Shown here piece by piece: positions 60,848 through 64,000 of a stretch of 64,000 nucleotides of DNA (its first letter is position 1; every line of letters begins with the position of its first letter). The DNA is from an uncultured bacterium. Lineage in GTDB: Bacteria > Acidobacteriota > HRBIN11 > JAKEFK01. The stretch lies in assembly GCA_963777505.1 (NCBI GenBank), contig CAVZQN010000004.1:288001-352000 (forward strand), in the 5' to 3' direction. The notes under the pieces are model-generated. The model was given only the letters and a program-made list of their open reading frames with translations. It searched no databases and was not told the origin of the DNA. Position numbers and translations under genes: made by a program.

Positions 60848-61228
60848 ATGCCATTGAAAGTAGGCGTAGAAAAAAAAGACGAAAGCACGTTCATAGTTCG
60901 TCCGGCAGGGTCGATTGATTCAAATACGTTTATGACGATGCAGACCGAGCTGGACTCAATATTGGAAAAGTCACCGAAGGTCATCATTTTCGATATGAAG
61001 GATGTCAGCTATGTTAGCAGTGCAGGTGTAGGTGTCGTACTGTCATCAGAGAAGTCATTAAGACTCAATAACGGAAAAGTATTGATGGTTAATCTTCAGC
61101 CACAAATTAAGAAAGTATTCGATATCGTAAAGGCTCTGCCCGATCAACAGATATTCAGCAGCGTTCAGGAAATGGATAAATACTTAAGTGAAATTCAACG
61201 TAAAGTGAAAGAGGGCGAAATCCAGTAG
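60848..61228 (+). CDS. STAS anti-sigma factor antagonist
   Basis: GSIDS; VSYVSSAGVG phosphosite motif. Confidence 0.9.
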   Translation: MPLKVGVEKKDESTFIVRPAGSIDSNTFMTMQTELDSILEKSPKVIIFDMKDVSYVSSAGVGVVLSSEKSLRLNNGKVLMVNLQPQIKKVFDIVKALPDQQIFSSVQEMDKYLSEIQRKVKEGEIQ

Positions 61229-61642
61229 ATGAAAGATTTCGTAATTAAGAATGATCTCGCAGAAATAGAGGGCCTAACGGAAGCGGTCGTAAATTACTTT
61301 AGGGACGATGGTATTGCCGACGCAGTTTGTTTCGATATCCGGCTTGCACTGGAGGAGGCTGTTTCAAATGCAATCAAATATGGGTATGAAGATCAACAGG
61401 TACACACAATTCATGTTCGGGTTGGGTTTGAGAATGATAATTTGATTCTGGAAATTGAAGATGACGCAAAGGCATTCAATCCACTCGACGCTCCAAATCC
61501 GAACCTATTATTGCCTGTTGAGGAAAAACCAATTGGCACTCTTGGAATCTACCTCATGCGTGCTGTAATGGATCAGATCGACTACAAACGAACAAGCACG
61601 AAAAACATTCTTCGTATGACGAAGGTTGTAGAACGGAGCTGA
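61229..61642 (+). CDS. RsbW-like anti-sigma factor/serine kinase
   Basis: LALEEAVSNAIKYG, EDDAKAFNP, GTLGIYLM. Confidence 0.88.
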   Translation: MKDFVIKNDLAEIEGLTEAVVNYFRDDGIADAVCFDIRLALEEAVSNAIKYGYEDQQVHTIHVRVGFENDNLILEIEDDAKAFNPLDAPNPNLLLPVEEKPIGTLGIYLMRAVMDQIDYKRTSTKNILRMTKVVERS

Positions 61643-61679
61643 TCACTCAACCGCTAAGACGTTAAGACAAGGAGAGAAA

Positions 61680-62255
61680 ATGCTAACAAGTCTTCAAAAG
61701 AATTGTTTGTTTGTCTTCATTGTTGCAGCCATGTTCTGCATCAGTTCGGGATTTGCTGAAGATAAATCAGAATTTAAAGAGACCTACAATGCTAATGCAA
61801 TCGCGTTGGGTCAAGGATTGGCTTCCAATCTTCAAGTAACCATAACACGCTGGACAACTGAGGAAGAAAGGAATGTTTTATTGAAAGCGCTTACTGAGCA
61901 AGGCCAGGACGCGATGATTAAGATTTTGGAAAAGCAAAAAGAAACGGGCTTTTTACGTCTTCCAAATACAACGGGATATCGCCTTTATTATGCATACCAA
62001 ACTCAAAAGGATAATAAACGCCGAATCGTTCTTGCAACCGACCGTCCTGTCAGAATGGCTGAAGCATGGCGTAACGGCCGTTCGATGGATTATGCGATTA
62101 CGATGGTTGAATTGAATCTGGATGAAAACAACAAAGGTGAAGGCACTTTGGGATTTGCTCTAAAGTTAAAATTCCATCCAGAGACCAAGCATTTGGAAAT
62201 CGAAAATTATGGCACTGATCCGGTTCAGCTTAGAAATGTAAGAAAGTCGAATTAG
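61680..62255 (+). CDS. Secreted hypothetical protein
   Basis: Signal peptide; ITRWTT, RRIVLATDRP, GEG. Confidence 0.7.
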   Translation: MLTSLQKNCLFVFIVAAMFCISSGFAEDKSEFKETYNANAIALGQGLASNLQVTITRWTTEEERNVLLKALTEQGQDAMIKILEKQKETGFLRLPNTTGYRLYYAYQTQKDNKRRIVLATDRPVRMAEAWRNGRSMDYAITMVELNLDENNKGEGTLGFALKLKFHPETKHLEIENYGTDPVQLRNVRKSN

Positions 62256-62298
62256 TTTCACGCTGGTATGTTGCGTGCCTTAAATCTAAGATATTTAG

Positions 62299-63189
62299 AT
62301 GAAATTGAATGCTCGAAGCTGGATCAGAGAACCACTATTTCACTTTCTAGTTCTGGGTGCTCTACTTTTCCTGGTTTTTCATTTTGTGAAAGGAAGCAGC
62401 CAGAAAAGTCGCGATGAAATTGTTGTCTCATCCGGTACGATCCGAACAATTGTAGAAAATTACCATCGTGTATGGCAGCGCCCTCCTACCCAGGAAGAGC
62501 TGGACAATTTGGTTCAGGATCATATTAAGGAGGAAATTTATTATCGTGAAGCATTGGCTCTCGGATTGGATCAAGACGATACAATCATCCGGCGCAGATT
62601 ACGGCAAAAAATGGAATTTCTCGCCGATGGGATTGGTGACATCAAAGAACCTACCGATCAAGAACTCCAGTCATACCTAGAAAAGCATCCGGACAAATTT
62701 CACGCCGAAAGTACTTATACATTCAGTCATGTTTATTTGAATCCGGAGCGACATTTGAATTCGATTCAAAAAGACACGGCTGAATTACTTTCAAAACTAA
62801 ATCAAGCAGGGGACTCAATCGATACGAGTCAGTTTGGTGATTCATTCATGCTTGGACACTACTTCAGCAATCAGTCTGAAAGCACCATAGCAAGGACCTT
62901 TGGAGAACAATTCGCAAGTCAATTGATACAACTTCAAACTGACAAATGGGTAGGCCCCGTCGAATCAGGTTATGGAGTTCATTTGATAAAAATAAACAAC
63001 AGGACGATAGGCCAACTTCCAGCATTGCAAGACGTTCGTAAAGAAGTTCAGCGGGAATTTATGGCGGAACAACAAAAGCAAGTATCGGAGAAATTTTTTG
63101 AATCGATTCGAAGCCGGTACAAAGTTCGAATTGAACCACTTGGGACGCCTTCCAAAAGCAATGCGGCAGCGAGCAAGACTCAACCATGA
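62299..63189 (+). CDS. PpiC-type peptidyl-prolyl isomerase-like protein
   Basis: REPLFHFL, YREALALGLD…IIRRRL…KMEF, GPVESGYGVH. Confidence 0.85.
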   Translation: MKLNARSWIREPLFHFLVLGALLFLVFHFVKGSSQKSRDEIVVSSGTIRTIVENYHRVWQRPPTQEELDNLVQDHIKEEIYYREALALGLDQDDTIIRRRLRQKMEFLADGIGDIKEPTDQELQSYLEKHPDKFHAESTYTFSHVYLNPERHLNSIQKDTAELLSKLNQAGDSIDTSQFGDSFMLGHYFSNQSESTIARTFGEQFASQLIQLQTDKWVGPVESGYGVHLIKINNRTIGQLPALQDVRKEVQREFMAEQQKQVSEKFFESIRSRYKVRIEPLGTPSKSNAAASKTQP

Positions 63190-64000
63190 AGCATTGTCTA
63201 TCGTTATTTGTTTTTATGTTTGCTACCACCGTGTTTGCACATGAAATGCGGCCGGCTTATTTGGAATTAAAGCAGACCAGTTCTGAAACTTATAACGTTT
63301 TGTGGAAAGTTCCAGCATTGGAAGATATGCGTTTGGGTTTATATGTTACGTTTCCGGATCGATGTACCGAAAGCACTCAACGCAGAAGTTATCAGGCAGG
63401 GGGATCATTCATAGAACGTGTTTCAATTCGATGCAAAAACGGTTTGACGGGCGGCAAGATTTTCATTGAAGGCCTGTCGGCAACGTTTACTGATGTGTTG
63501 GCCCGCGTTCAACGTAATGATGGAACAACGCAAACCGCGCGGCTCACACCTTCATCTCCGTCATTCATTGTAGAAGCAGCTCCCAATTGGAAACAAATGG
63601 CTGGAACGTATTTGCGTCTTGGGATAAAACACATTGTCCTTGGCTTTGATCATTTGTTGTTTGTATTAGGGCTTCTGATTATTGTTGGACGTCGCTGGAA
63701 GTTGATGCTCAAAACAATTACATCGTTTACCCTGGCCCACAGTTTGACGCTTGCAGCCGCAACGTTCCGAGTGATTCATGTTCCAGAAGAGCCGCTCAGT
63801 GCGGTGATTGCGTTAAGTATTTTGTTTCTTGGTTTTGAAGTCGCCCGTCTGAAACGAGGCGAGACTAGTTTTACAATTCAACATCCATGGGTTGCTGCTT
63901 TTGGTTTCGGATTGGTTCATGGGCTCGGTTTTGCCAGCGGTCTTTCTACACTCGGTCTACCATCCAGTGAAATTGCTGCAGCGTTACTGTTTTTTAATGT
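63186..64000 (+). CDS. HupE/UreJ family protein (runs off the window end)
   Basis: AHEMRPAYL; HIVLGFDHLLFV; FTLAHSLTL; FGLVHGLGFA. Confidence 0.88.
   Translation, partial: MKHCLSLFVFMFATTVFAHEMRPAYLELKQTSSETYNVLWKVPALEDMRLGLYVTFPDRCTESTQRRSYQAGGSFIERVSIRCKNGLTGGKIFIEGLSATFTDVLARVQRNDGTTQTARLTPSSPSFIVEAAPNWKQMAGTYLRLGIKHIVLGFDHLLFVLGLLIIVGRRWKLMLKTITSFTLAHSLTLAAATFRVIHVPEEPLSAVIALSILFLGFEVARLKRGETSFTIQHPWVAAFGFGLVHGLGFASGLSTLGLPSSEIAAALLFFN

Overview
About 64 kb of AT-leaning bacterial chromosome, probably Acidobacteriota (PadR plus ADOP-type duplicated permeases; many secreted proteins). The main result is a 9-gene operon at 7238-15701 with a predicted sigma54 promoter. It encodes a self-contained type II fatty-acid-synthase set: enoyl reductase, FabG, FabZ, FabF, an unusual ACP fusion, a PPTase and FabD. 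These are followed by a thioester-reductase-type SDR, a ferritin-like protein with the full ligand set and spacing of cyanobacterial aldehyde-deformylating oxygenase (ADO), and a metal-site-deficient paralogue of it. Together they form a candidate non-cyanobacterial alkane/alkene pathway; this function is inferred, not shown. Also present: an integrase-less integron cassette array with an attI-like site and degenerate attC sites (32406-34950), a glutaredoxin-like selenoprotein with two in-frame UGA codons and two SECIS-like hairpins that the ORF track missed (42646-42873), a probable TamB-TamA fusion, tRNA-Asp and tRNA-Val, an exact 67-bp duplication, and several families of intergenic inverted repeats. 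Many single-base frameshifts probably reflect consensus errors. All calls come from reading motifs by eye; no searches were run.
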